A stretch of 64,000 nt of DNA from NCBI GenBank assembly GCA_013239625.1, contig MU053994.1, forward strand, positions 2,919,589 to 2,983,588. Direction: 5' to 3'. Below, piece by piece: positions 13,390 through 25,200 of this stretch. The stretch is from Lama guanicoe (lineage: Eukaryota). Positions within the stretch are counted from its first letter, which is position 1. Every line of letters begins with the position of its first letter. The translations under genes and the position numbers were made by a program. The notes under the pieces were generated by a model, which ran no database searches, was not told the DNA's origin, and saw nothing but the letters and a program-made list of their open reading frames with translations.

Positions 13390-13958
13390 GAAGACAAAAA
13401 ATATTAAGTATTGGCGAGAATGTGGTGAAAAAGAAACCTTTATGCATTGTTGGTAGGATGTAAATTGGTGCAGCCTCTGTGGAAAACAGTATGGAGGTTT
13501 CTCAAAAAATTAAAAATAGAAACTACCGTGTGATCCAGCAATTCCACTTCCACTGCATATTTATCCAAAGAAAACGAGAACACTAACTTGAAAAGACATG
13601 CACCCCTGTGTTCATTGCAGCACTGTTTACAATAGCCAAGATATGGAAACACCTTAAGTGTCCATTGATAAATGGATGGATAAAGAAATTGTGGTATGTG
13701 TGTATATATTATTCAACTATAAAAAAGAATGAAATTTTGTCATTTGCGATAACACAGATGGACCTTGTGGGTGTTGTGCTAAGTGAAATAAGTCAGAGAA
13801 AGACAAATATTGTATGATCTCTCTTATATGTAGAATCTTAAACAAACAAACCCAAGCTTATACATACAGAGAACAGATTGCTGATTGCCAGAGATGGGGC
13901 TGGGGTGGGAGAAATGGGTGAAGGGCGTCAAAAGTTAAAAACATAAAAATAAATAATA
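13390..13958 (+). mobile_element. L1 ORF2 end and 3' UTR
   Basis: GTAAATTGGTGCAGCC...GATCCAGCAATTCCACTTC...TGTTCATTGCAGCACTGTTTACAATAGCCAAGATATGGAA...GCTAAGTGAAATAAGTCAG; A-rich tail. Confidence 0.9.
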
Positions 13959-14384
13959 TGTTCAATATCTTAAAAAGTGTGAACCAGAATTATTCCATTT
14001 TAAAGATGAGGTTCCCTTGCCTTTAGCTTTTCTGCTTCTCATTTTATTTGTTGCCTGTCAAAAATATTGCTGACCTCTGGCCTCTTTTTTTTTTTTTTAA
14101 AGTAGTGTCTCAATATACTAAGGGAGGAGGTGCTGTAACTGAATTAGAATGTTTTCTATGCAACATTTAAAGTTTAGTGTTGCTGCTTCAACGCTAGTCT
14201 TTATAATTTTCATTTTCAGTTACTTTGTATAGCTTCTGCTGTTGATGTTTCTCTTTTAAGTATTAGCTTTCATGGTATACTGCAGTATGTTATTTTGAAT
14301 CTTTAGGATTAATTGTACACAGACATACAGACGTGAAAGGATACCTTTTCTCTTAAATCTCTCTTAATGGAATCTACATTGTAA

Positions 14385-14812
14385 ACCCACATTACAGAAT
14401 AACGCAAATGTCCAACTAATGAATTCATAAATAAAATGTGTACCATACAATGGGATATTTTTCAACAATAAAGAAAAAGTATTGATACATGGTACAACTT
14501 GGATGAGCCTTGAAAACGGTCATGTTAAGTGAAAGAAGCCAGTCACAAAAGACTCCGTGTTGTATGATACTGTTTATATGAAATGACCAGACTAGGTAAA
14601 TCTATAAAGACAAAAAGTAAATTAGCTTGGGGCTGGAGGTGAGGGAGGAGGGAATGGGGAGTGACTGCTAATAATGGCTATAAGGTTTTCTTTTTGGAGT
14701 GACGCTGGTAATAGCTGTACAGCTCTGAATAAACTATAAATAAAATAGTTGAACTGTACACTTTAAATGAATGACTTAGAGTATGTGGATTATATCTCAA
14801 GACTGTTATTTA
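14385..14812 (+). mobile_element. Old L1M 3' UTR fragment
   Basis: GGATGAGCCTTGAAAAC..ATGTTAAGTGAAAGAAGCCAGTCACAAAAGAC...GAACTGTACACTTTAAATG. Confidence 0.8.
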
Positions 14813-15589
14813 AGAGATGGCCCACACTGTCTATAGAGTGTGTATCTACCTTTACTTTAAACTCTCCCTGCGCCCCCCATACATCTCTCTGAACAAATCT
14901 ACCTTCACTCAAAACAGACAAAAGATTGTTACTTAAAAAGCTATTCTATGTAACTTCAAATATAGCGGAGAAAATCTCATTGAATACAAGGAATTTTAAA
15001 TTCTTTGGTTTCCTTTTCACAGTCTTTACATTTGTGATTTAATCTCACTGTGGAAAGTTCAGGCATAAAGAGTACCTACTGGATGCACACTGAAAATGAT
15101 AATTATTTATAATCTATCTGCCTTGCTTAAAATGTTGACTAAGTGAAGTGAAGTCTCTTCACTGTGTTTGATCCGCATTTCATGATTGGATTAGTAACTT
15201 CTAAAAGTGTTAACTAACTTTGATAAAGGTTAGTAAGAGCTATTAATAAATAACTTTGAGTTGTTTATCTTGTCATTTAACAGAGTAGACTGATAAGTTG
15301 GCATACTTTTCTGTGACATTTGGTATGTGACTGTCTAATATTTTAAGTTAACATTGCTCACTTGCTTTTTATTAACAGGTTGATTTGTTTAGGGATGAGA
15401 ATTTATTGAGACCTAGCGCCCTTTGTTAAGAATTTGATAAAGAAATGTTTTAGTAAAAGTATATATTTTCTCGAAAAGTGTTCTAAGTGTATGTACACTA
15501 TAAATCTCAGTATTTTGAAGGATTATGATGTAGAAAGTGGTGAACGGTAACTTTTATTTCAGTGGGCAGAACTACAAGCAATAGGTATC

Positions 15590-15720
15590 AGTGACAAGGG
15601 AAATAGACTTGACTCAATAAAAGGAAGACCTTCCTGCTGACAGCAGTGAGCTTCACAGTGTTGTAACTGAAAACCTTAAAGGGAAGATTAGATGTAGAAT
15701 TTCCTACATTTGGAGCAGTT
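15590..15720 (+). mobile_element. Possible L3/CR1 3' remnant
   Basis: AATAGACTTGACTCAATAAAAGGAAGACCTTCCTG resembles the L3 3' motif; highly decayed. Confidence 0.4.
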
Positions 15721-16155
15721 AATTTCCAAATTTTAATAGTCTTTGGGCACCCCCTCACCCCAATTCCCTGCAAAGTTCTAACCTTCAGAGCATCTCTTTG
15801 ATGCCCTTTTTGTGCTCAAGTTAAAACATAAGTATTTTCTTTTAAAAACAGGTTTGTTTTCATTTTTATGATATTCTTAAACATTAGTACATGTATTTTG
15901 GAGTACCTGGATAATTGTCTCACAATCAAGAACTGCCACACCATTTCAGTACTTGTGTTAGCTTTGTGTTTTTAATGCATTGGTGATTTGTCAGGTAATG
16001 AGAGCAACAGAAGCAGACTTAACACATAAATGATGTGTTGATGTAGAAGAAAAATTATGTCAAGACAAACTGTATGTACAGAGTGATGTAATTCAAGTCG
16101 GAGAGGTGTATCTCCCACATGATGGTAGTAGGCTAGCCATGCAAAACTCAAAGGA

Positions 16156-16321
16156 GAGGGGAGGGTATAGCTCAAGTGGTAGGGCGCATGTTTTTAGCAT
16201 GCATGAGGTCCTGGTCAATCCCCAGTACCTCCTCTAAGAATAAATAAATACTAAGTAAACCTAATTACCTCCCCCCACCAAAAAATAAATAATTAAATAA
16301 CTAAATGTTGGGGGGAAAAAC
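16156..16321 (+). mobile_element. tRNA-derived SINE, camelid Vic-1-like
   Basis: GGGGAGGGTATAGCTCAAGTGGTAG head (A box), degenerate B box, A-rich tail; flanking repeat CTCAAAGGA at 16147-16155 and 16322-16330. Confidence 0.85.
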
Positions 16322-17319
16322 CTCAAAGGAACCCTTTAGCAGTCAGCAGTATGCTGCCATCTGTCACATATTAATATTAATAGTTTTGTTTGTATTTAGT
16401 TAGTAAATGTTTTGTATAAGAGCAATAAGCATAAGGAGTTTAATTCTAATTTCATTTATGCACATGTTTAAGCGGCATTAAAATAGAAAGTAATTTAAAT
16501 TCACTTTTAAAAATTCTGTTAAGGTAGAACTAGATTTGGCAAACATGAACCAACTTAGTATTGTCAATAGAAATCTGGTGCTTGGAGTCAGGTGACTGGA
16601 ACTGGGACTCCAATTCCATATTTACTAGATTATTCCACTATTTATTGAATGAAAAATATACTTCATCTTAAAAGGGTGGCTCATTTGTTCATTCTTTTAC
16701 TCAGCAGATAATTAGTTTGCTAACTGTGTAGCACTGCATAATTTTGATGCCTTCTTGTTAACTGGTTTCTTCAGTCTTCCTATTATCACATTTTCTTTAG
16801 AGCCAGCACAAATCCTGATAGGAATACTGTGCTATGAATTATCTCACATATGGTAAGATTTGATTTGAAACTTTTTAAAAAGTAGGGCAAAATTTTGAAA
16901 TATGGTAGGATTCTGTGTTAATGTTAACAGAATAATAAAAGCAGTTATATTAGTAAAACTGTTGAGGCTGTTTATTCATTTCAAAGTTCAGCCTGTGCAA
17001 TTAAGATATGTGTATCAGGAGCATAGAATCCTGGTAATTTATAGTTGGGAGAGTACTTCTCCCCGGACTGATCTAGAAATCATATTCATAGGGAGCCTGG
17101 AAGGTTCGGAAATAAGAATTGTCAAGAGTACATAATAACCTAATTAACATTTCAAGGGAGAAATAACCAGCACTTGATAGAACACCTGCTGTTTATTGGG
17201 TGCCTTCTCTGGGTATGGCACTTCATATACATTCTCCCATTAAAGCTTCCCGGTAGTCTCTGAAGGTATTAGCCACCTTGAGAGAAAAAGAAAGCTACTT
17301 GGAGATTAAATATGATCTA

Positions 17320-17869
17320 TTATATTGCAATTGCTGAAAAACCTCGCGTTCTGCAAAATCATGCAGCAAAAAGTAAGAGGGCTTATGGGGAAATAGGATT
17401 AAGCAAACTGATCACCCAAAATCAATGTAACTTTGTAATTAGAGCCCTAACAAAAACAATAAAAATTCCAATAAAATAAACAGCACAGTTTAAAAGATCC
17501 TAAATTCCCGACAAACTATAGTGAATATAGGACTCAAAAAAAAAAAAAAAGTAACCTAATGGGACCCTTCCATATAGCAAGCAGTTGCAGTTAACTGAGT
17601 TAGGAACGCAAGGCTGAAATAAAATGCACAAAGATCAGGAGGAACAGTAAACGTACTTCCAAGACAGCATGTGGTCATACCAAGCCAAGAAAAATGTAGG
17701 GTAATGGCTGTCCAATCCAGAACTTTATCTGCCAACCCTCATGCTGCATTCAGCTGTTGTTACGTGGGGCAAAACATTAATATGTTGAGGGGGAAATTGC
17801 TTATAAATTAACATGATTTGCAAGTGTGTATGTGAGCATTTGCCAGTGAGCTAAATCTCATTACAAAAC
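17320..17869. mobile_element. Probable older Tigger-family remnant adjacent to the Tigger1 element
   Basis: CTGAAAAACCTCGCGTTCTGCAAAATC...GGGCTTATGGGGAAATAGGATTAAG resembles ancient Tigger consensus sequences as I recall them; subfamily and ends uncertain. Confidence 0.4.
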
Positions 17870-17871
17870 TA

Positions 17872-18361
17872 CAGGCATACCTCGCTTTTGTGTTTTGCTT
17901 AATGCTCTTGGCAGATGATGATGTTTGTGTTAAACAAATTGAAGGTTTGTGGCAACCTTGCTTTGAGCAAATCTTTTGGCATCATTTATCCAACAGCATT
18001 TGCTCACTTCTTGTCTTTGTCACATTTTGGTAATTCTCACAATGTTTCAAACATTGTCATCATTATATTTGTTATGGTGATCTGTGATCAGTGATGTTTA
18101 TTACTATTGCAAGTAGATTATGACTTGCCGAAGACTGGTGATGGTTAGCATTTTAATCAATAAAGTATTTTTAAATTAAGGTATATGCATTTTGTTTTTA
18201 CACATAAACTGCTGTTGCACACTAATAGACTACAGTATACTGTAAACATGACTTTTATATGTCTTGGGAAACCAAAAAATTCATGTGACTCACTTTACTG
18301 AGCTATTTGCTTTATTGTGGTGGTCTGGAACTGAACCCACAGTATCTCTAAGGTATGCCTG
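17872..18361. mobile_element. Tigger1 internal-deletion derivative (TcMar-Tigger DNA transposon fossil)
   Basis: Terminal inverted repeats CAGGCATACCT / AGGTATGCCTG, each flanked by TA; internal AAACAAATTGAAGGTTTGTGGCAACC is typical of Tigger1. Confidence 0.88.
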
Positions 18362-20337
18362 TACATGTTTTGTAGGTGAACAGATCTCATGTTTACCAAG
18401 TCTTTTTCACTCTAAAACACATTCATGTTCCATCCTCAGTACTAAATTACAAATAGTTGTCTTTAAAGTGTATGCCCTTCAATGGAATGTTACTTGAGAG
18501 GGAAGGGAACTAATACTTAACTGGACAGCTCTGACATTTAAAGATAATCATTACCTTACCTAATCATTACAACCATAGCCTTGTATCCTCAGGTGAGGAA
18601 ACTGAGTCCCAAAGATGTTTGGGAACTTTGCCTGTGATCACACAGAAGTATCAGAGCAGAAATTAAAATTCACATATGTCTGGTTAGAAAACTTGCTTTT
18701 GTATATACCACACTGCTTCTTGTAAAACAGTTTTGGGACCTTTAACAAGAGTGGTTGGCTAAAATACTTAATAGGATTGATGAAGTCCTTCTGTCTCTCC
18801 CATAGCACTGAACTAGAAATGGAGATGTGGTATAGCAAGGGGATGAGCAGAGCTGTTGGTAACAAGGTGTCTAGATTTGAAATTTAGGATTGTCCCCTAT
18901 TAGTTATTTCATCTTAGTCAGATTACCCTTATATTACCTTAGTTTTTCTCATCTGTACAAAGGTAAAAAAGAGTACTTACCTCTTAGGGTTATGAATATT
19001 GAGTGAGTTAATAGATCAGAACGTTTTAAATGATAACATGGCATATGGTAACTGCTCTGAGCTGTTGTTTTGTCTGTCACTCTTGTCCCATTGCTTCTCT
19101 CATTTCCTTTTTGGTTCTTTTTCTCCTCTTACCCCATACTGCTCTCCTAATTTCTCTCCTCCCTCCCTATCCCTTCATATAATGGATTTGAAATATGTTA
19201 AATATAGATTGCACTTATTGAATATTGATGTTTTTAATACCTCCTAAGTTTTCTTTGATGTTTTGGGTATATATGTTTGGATGCCTGTTGTTTGTAGAGC
19301 TGGACGGTTTTCTAAAATAGTGGTTTATGAGGACTTACAGTGTTTTCCTTAAGGTAAGTGCTGTGGAACTGAATATATAGGTATGCTATTTCAGTCTAAA
19401 TTTGTTGTATTTTATATACACGTTAAGCAAGAAAAAAGTGTTACAGTATGTTTTAGTGATAAGTTCTTACTTTAGTTTTATTCTAGCTTTAAGAATTCAG
19501 AATTTTTATTACTTGTAGGTGACAGGATTTTGTATCAGGAAAATCAACTGAGAAGCAAGTAAGTAGTTTGAATATGATTACCGTGCCAAAATAAATCTAT
19601 TTAATTTTCACATATTTGTGGATTTCCCACATTTCCTTTGGTTGAATTCTGATTTTATTCCACTGTGTTCAAAGAACATACTTAACTTTCCACCCTTTAA
19701 GTTTATTGAGACTTGATTTATAGCCTAGTTTATAGTCTGTCCTGGATGGTGTTCATGTATTCTTAAGAAGACTGTATATTCTGCTGTTGGGTAGAGATCT
19801 ATAGACGTCTGTATGATCTAGTTGGTGTTGTTAAAGTCTTCGTTTATTTTTTGAACTTTTTCTTGTTTTTACCTATTATTGAAAGTGGGGAGTTGAAGTC
19901 CTCGGCTGTTACTGGTGAATTATTTCTTTCCCTCTCCTTCTCTGTCATTTTTAGCTTCATATATTTTGAGGCTTTGTTAGGTTGTATATATATATTTATA
20001 ATTGTTGTATTTTTTTGATGAACGGACCCTTTTATCGTTGTAAAGTGTTCCTCTTTATCTTTAGTAATTTTTTTGTCTTGAGTCTTTTTTCTGATGTATA
20101 GCCACTCCGGCTTTCTTATGGTCGCTGTCTTGCATGATGCCTATTTTTCTATCCTTTTACTTTCAACCAGTTTATATCCTTAAATCCAAAATCTCCTGTT
20201 GACAATATGTGGTTGTCTCCTATTAACAGCATGTGGTTAGATCTTTCTTTTTAAATCCAGTCTGTCCCTGCATTTTGACAGAATTTTATGAGCCATTCAC
20301 GTGTAATGTCATACTGATAGAGCCGGGTTTTTCTTAA

Positions 20338-20377
<40 letters not shown>

Positions 20378-20378
20378 T
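20338..20378. repeat. (ATT)n microsatellite, about 12-13 units
   Basis: Direct reading of sequence. Confidence 0.95.
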
Positions 20379-21449
20379 TCTTAATATTATTCTTTTCTTA
20401 ATAAATTTATTGAGACATTTACATAACACATCATTCACTTAAAGGGTATAATTTAATGGTTTGGGGCCTATCATTAACTTTTTAAATTGTGTTAAAATAT
20501 ATATCACAAAATTTGCTGCTTTAACCATTTTAAGCGTACAATTGAGTGACATTATTTACATTCACAGTGTTGTACATCTTGTCATCACTATTTCCAAAGC
20601 TTGTTCATCACCTCAGGCAGAAAATTTGGGACAGTTAGCCAGTAATTCTCCATCTTCCTTTTCCCCCAGCCCCTAGTAACCTCTACTCTCTATCTGAATT
20701 TGCCTATTCTAGATATTCATATGAGTGGAACTGTACAGTATTTGTTCTTCTATATCTGGCTTATTTCACTTAGCATGGTATTTTCAAGGCTCAGCCGTGT
20801 TGTAGCAAGTATCAGAACTATATTTCTTTTTAATGACTGAAAAATATTCTACTGTATGGATACACCACATTTTGTTCATCAGTTGATGGACATTTGGGTT
20901 TTTTCTACATTTTGACTAGTAAGAATGCTGCTGTAAACATTCATGTACATGTTTTTGGTGTAGACGAATGTTATGTCTCTTGGGAAAAAAATATATATAT
21001 ACACACACATAATGGAATGACTGGGTCATTTATTAATTCTATGTTTAACTTTTTGAGAAATTGCCAAGCCATTTTTCAAAGGGGCTGTACCATTTTACAT
21101 TCCTGCTAGTGTATGAAAGTTCGAATTTCTCCATATCCTTGCCAACACTTGTTACCTGTCCGCTCTTTCTTGGGGTGGTATAATGTACATAAGATGAAAT
21201 TTACCATTTTAACCTTTTTAAAGTATACAGTTTTGTGGCATTAAGTGCATTCACGTTGTTGTGCAACCATCACCACCATCCATCTCCAGAACTTCTTCAT
21301 TTTTCCCAACTGAAATTGTGCTCATTAAGCACTGACTCTCCATGCTTCTCTCCCCCTCAGTCCCTGATGACCATCATCCTACTTTTTGTCTCTGAATTTG
21401 GCTACTCTGTATTCCATATATAAGTGGAATCATACAATATTTGTCCTCT

Positions 21450-21560
21450 TTTTTAAATTTATTATTGAGTTATAGTCAGTTTACAATGTTGTGTCAATTT
21501 CTGGTGTACAGCACGATTTTTCAGTCATACATGAATATTCATATATTCATTTTCATATTC
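21450..21560 (-). mobile_element. Short, young 5'-truncated L1 3' tail
   Basis: TTTACAATGTTGTGTCAATTTCTGGTGTACAGCA; perfect TSD TTTGTCCTCT at 21440-21449 and 21561-21570. Confidence 0.8.
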
Positions 21561-23144
21561 TTTGTCCTCTGTTTAAACTTTGTCATCACATTTTCCTTTA
21601 TTTTTAAGCATGGTTTCCTTTAGGTTTTTTTTTTTTTTTAAGCATACTCATGATAGCTGTTTGACCCTGTCTTGACTTAGTGCTAAGTCTGACATGTGGA
21701 TCTGCTCAAAGTCAGTGTCTTTTGCCTGCCTACCACCACCACTGCCACCACGTATGGGCCATACTTTACTGTTTCTTTGCATATCCTGTAATTTTATTTA
21801 TTGTGAAAACTGAACCTTTCATATAATGTAGCAAATTTGAATGCTGATTCCCCTCTACTCCCCACCCCTAGGACCTTGTTATTTGCTTATTTTATTTGTC
21901 TAGTGACTGGCTAGACTATAAAGAAATTTGTTTTCCCTGCATTTCCCTGCTCTTCAGAGGGCAGCAGCCTTAGTTAGGCACAGTCACCCTGGGATGACAG
22001 TGGTTTTAGCAAGGCTTTGTGTGTTTTGTGATATCTCTGTTACGCTGTCTCCCTCTGTTGACATCACATGCACGTGTTAGTCTCACTAAATGTTGTCTGA
22101 TTGATTTATTGTTTTAGGTGGTGCCATGGGATTTAATTACCCCACAGTCTTAGCCAGTTCAGTTTTCCTGCTTTCCAAGGAATAGTCTTTAAGGTTTGTT
22201 TTGACCCCAGAAGGCTCTTCTAAGCTGTCTCTTTCCCTCCTTCTTTCTGGTAAACTGCTAGCTAGTTTAAAGTTTAGCTTGTTGCTCTCTTGAGACAACC
22301 AGCCTCTTAGTTGCTTAATTACCTCAGTCTCCATTGTTTTCTAGTGAACCCTCAGGCACGAACTTCCCTGTTCTCAAAGTCAGCTCACTTTGAGAGAACT
22401 TCAAAGGTCTCTTACGGCCTGTTTTCCCCCTTGGATAAAACCTTTACACCATTGCTTCAGAACTGCGGTGGAACCGAGGCCCGCTCCTGTCAGTGACACC
22501 CTTGCTTCATGAGCAGGGTGTTGGGTGGGAGCAACAGCCTCTAGTCTTCTCAGCTTGTCTCTCCTTATGTGGAACCTCAGTCCTGTGAATGAGATGGAGT
22601 GAGTGCCATAGGACCACATTATTCTTGGCCTGCTGAACCTGGGACCAAGCTTTTGCTCAGCAAGTGGGACCTGGATGGAAGAAAAGGGCCCCAGACTTTT
22701 GCCTGCAATAGAGCCTCTGCAGCTCAAAGTTGAGGATGATGAGAAATGCTAGCTGCCTTCCCCTCCTGGGGAGGTGCTTGACTGGGGGCTTAGGGGAGAG
22801 AGTCCCATGTTCTTGATGGCACCCACCTGGAATGGAGCTTCTGTCCACTGAGCGGGCTCAGAATGCCACACAGACTATCTGTTCTGACAGATATAGTAGA
22901 TTTTCTTTAGTAAGTGTTTTGTCATTTGCTGTTTACCCTTAGGATGATTTCTAGAGGCTTCAGGGAGGTGTTTTGGTTGGTTTTTTTTTTTTTTTTTTTG
23001 TTTTTCCCCCCCCTTTCAGCACTTTAGATATATCATGTCACTCCCTTCTGGTCTGAAAAGTTTATTCTGTTGTCATTGTTTCACAAGTCATTTTTAATTT
23101 AAAATTACTCATTGTCTACAGCCATTTAAAAATTCATATTTGAG

Positions 23145-23291
23145 GGGGGAGAGTATAGCTCAAGTGGTAGAACTCATGCTTAGCATGCATGATACCTGGG
23201 TTCAATCCAGTACCTCTTCCAAGAATAAATAAGTTGACTTAATAACCTCTCCCGATCAAAAAATTTTTTTTAAAAATAATTTTAAAAAGTT
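23145..23291 (+). mobile_element. tRNA-derived SINE, camelid Vic-1-like
   Basis: TATAGCTCAAGTGGTAG...GGGTTCAATCC; 17-bp TSD AAAAATYCATATTTGAG at 23128-23144 and 23292-23308. Confidence 0.88.
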
Positions 23292-24719
23292 AAAAATCCA
23301 TATTTGAGAATGCTTTGGGAAGGATGCTGAAATTATTGAAACTTTTATGTACATATGAAAGCTTCCAGTACCCTGATTATGTACATATGACTTTACAGAC
23401 ACTTAGTATGGAGGAGTTTTGAATAAAGGTAGCCATTTACTAAGCACTTCTAAATGAATAAATTTCTGCTGCTGCAAAGAGTTTAGAATGCAGGATGCAG
23501 TTCTGATACGATGGCTTCTAGGGAGTTATCCATATGAAGTAGTAGTGGATGCACATAGTGATTTAGTGACAAAAAATTAAGACTGTGTGTGTGTTTAATA
23601 GTGATAATAGCATATGGGTATTTATTTAGCTCAAGTAATATATTTAGATTTAACAGAGATTAATTGGTCATCTTCATTTGCATTAGTCTGAGTTATTGAT
23701 TGCATTTGAATCTATCTAGTACTAGCATCACACTGGGGCTGGGGTGGGGGGAGACTTGTGCTTAATATAGCTGACTTGGCTGGTTTTGTGCATAATTTAT
23801 GATAATAATGTTATAAGAATTATGAGTCCTATTCTAATGATAATGGCAGTGATGGTGGAGCTAGAAAAAAGAAGGCCTTTACTCTTGAGTATAGGCTACA
23901 TTTTAAAATTGCTTAACGATATTTAGGTTAATAGCTGTGGACTCAGCTGTTGAAAATAACTTGCTGCATTTTGAACTCCTTAACATGAATTCTCATCTTC
24001 CCATTGAACAATAGTTTTTATAACATGGTTTTGGATTATGCCATATTTCTTAGAAATACAGCTATTATACTTTAGAAGAAAATTCTGTGATGTGTAGCCA
24101 TTAATGGTGAACATAAAAGAATACTTAAGTAGGTGAAATTAAAAATTAAGTGAAAATTTTAGTTTTATAAAACATGTTCCTACATCACAAACATTTTGAT
24201 ACTTCATCTTGAAGATGTGGATATGGTGAGATTAATGGTAGATTTTTTTTCCTTATTTTCAGACATCATTAGTACATGGCATGGTAGTTAAAGCTGTAGA
24301 ACCCTGGAGCTTGTACTCCCTGGGTTAGAATCCTGACTCTACCACTTTGACTGCCTATTCACTCTGTCCCCGTTTCTGAGGCTTGTCAACTCCGCTGTGA
24401 TAGTATCGAAATTAGGGAATGAGAAGTTAGGGCTGATTGTGAATGACTTTAAACAATAGTACTCATGGAAAAGGTAGAGAGGAGAAAGCCACTAAAGGTT
24501 TCAAGACTGGAAGTATTAGAAGATTAATTTAACAATTATGTACTAAACAGACTGGTAGTGTGGAGACCATCCAGAATGCCGTTCAAAATTGGAGTCTAAC
24601 CTGAGTGGGAGTGGAAAAAAAAGTTGGACACATCATAAAAGAGGAATTGATGGAGATGGGAAGGGAGAGGGTTCGACTTTGTTGTTGATTTTACCTCTTC
24701 CCTCTTTTTTATTATTTAT

Positions 24720-25200
24720 TTGTTTGTTTCTTTGTTTTGAGTGCCCACCTATCATATGCCAGTGAATCCTTGGGATTCAGTAATGAACGAAGCTCATACA
24801 GCTTCTGCCCTTACAGAGCTTTTGTGTTTTGATGGGGAGAGAAATCATCACACAGATGCTATGAACGAAAACTTCAACTTGCTCTGAGAGCCTCAGATAG
24901 GAGTACTTGATGAATTCTGAGTAAGAAGAGTTGAGGGCTGGTGAGTCAGGATGGGCAGAACTAAGACTGCTTTTGCAGAGGCTCCAAAGTCAGCATGGAA
25001 AGTACATTTTGAAGGAGCAACAAGAAGACATTGAACTGGATGGAGTTAGAATAGACTTTGGGTGGGATGGTTGCAAGATGAGGCTGAAGTGGGGTGTTCG
25101 AGGGCCTTGTAGACCATTAGAGAAGTATTTTGGTCTTCATCCTGGCCTTTGAGGATTTTTAAACAGGGCTGTGACATGATATGGTTTGCATTTTAATAAA
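24720..25200 (-). mobile_element. L2 LINE 3' fragment
   Basis: TTGAGTGCCCACCTA..ATGCCAG...CTGCCCTTACAGAGCT...TTTTAAACAGGG..GTGACATGATATGGTTTGCATTTT. Other L2 remnants lie near 5395-5480, 5930-6040 and 9850-10650. Confidence 0.65.

Larger units (their letters stand above)
19600..22950 (-). mobile_element. Composite antisense L1 cluster (ORF2 and 5'-end fragments interrupted by other L1 3' ends)
   Basis: L1 ORF2 antisense motifs at 19600-20330, L1 3' ends at 20390-21440, and GC-richer L1 5'-end-like sequence at 21650-22950. Confidence 0.7.
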
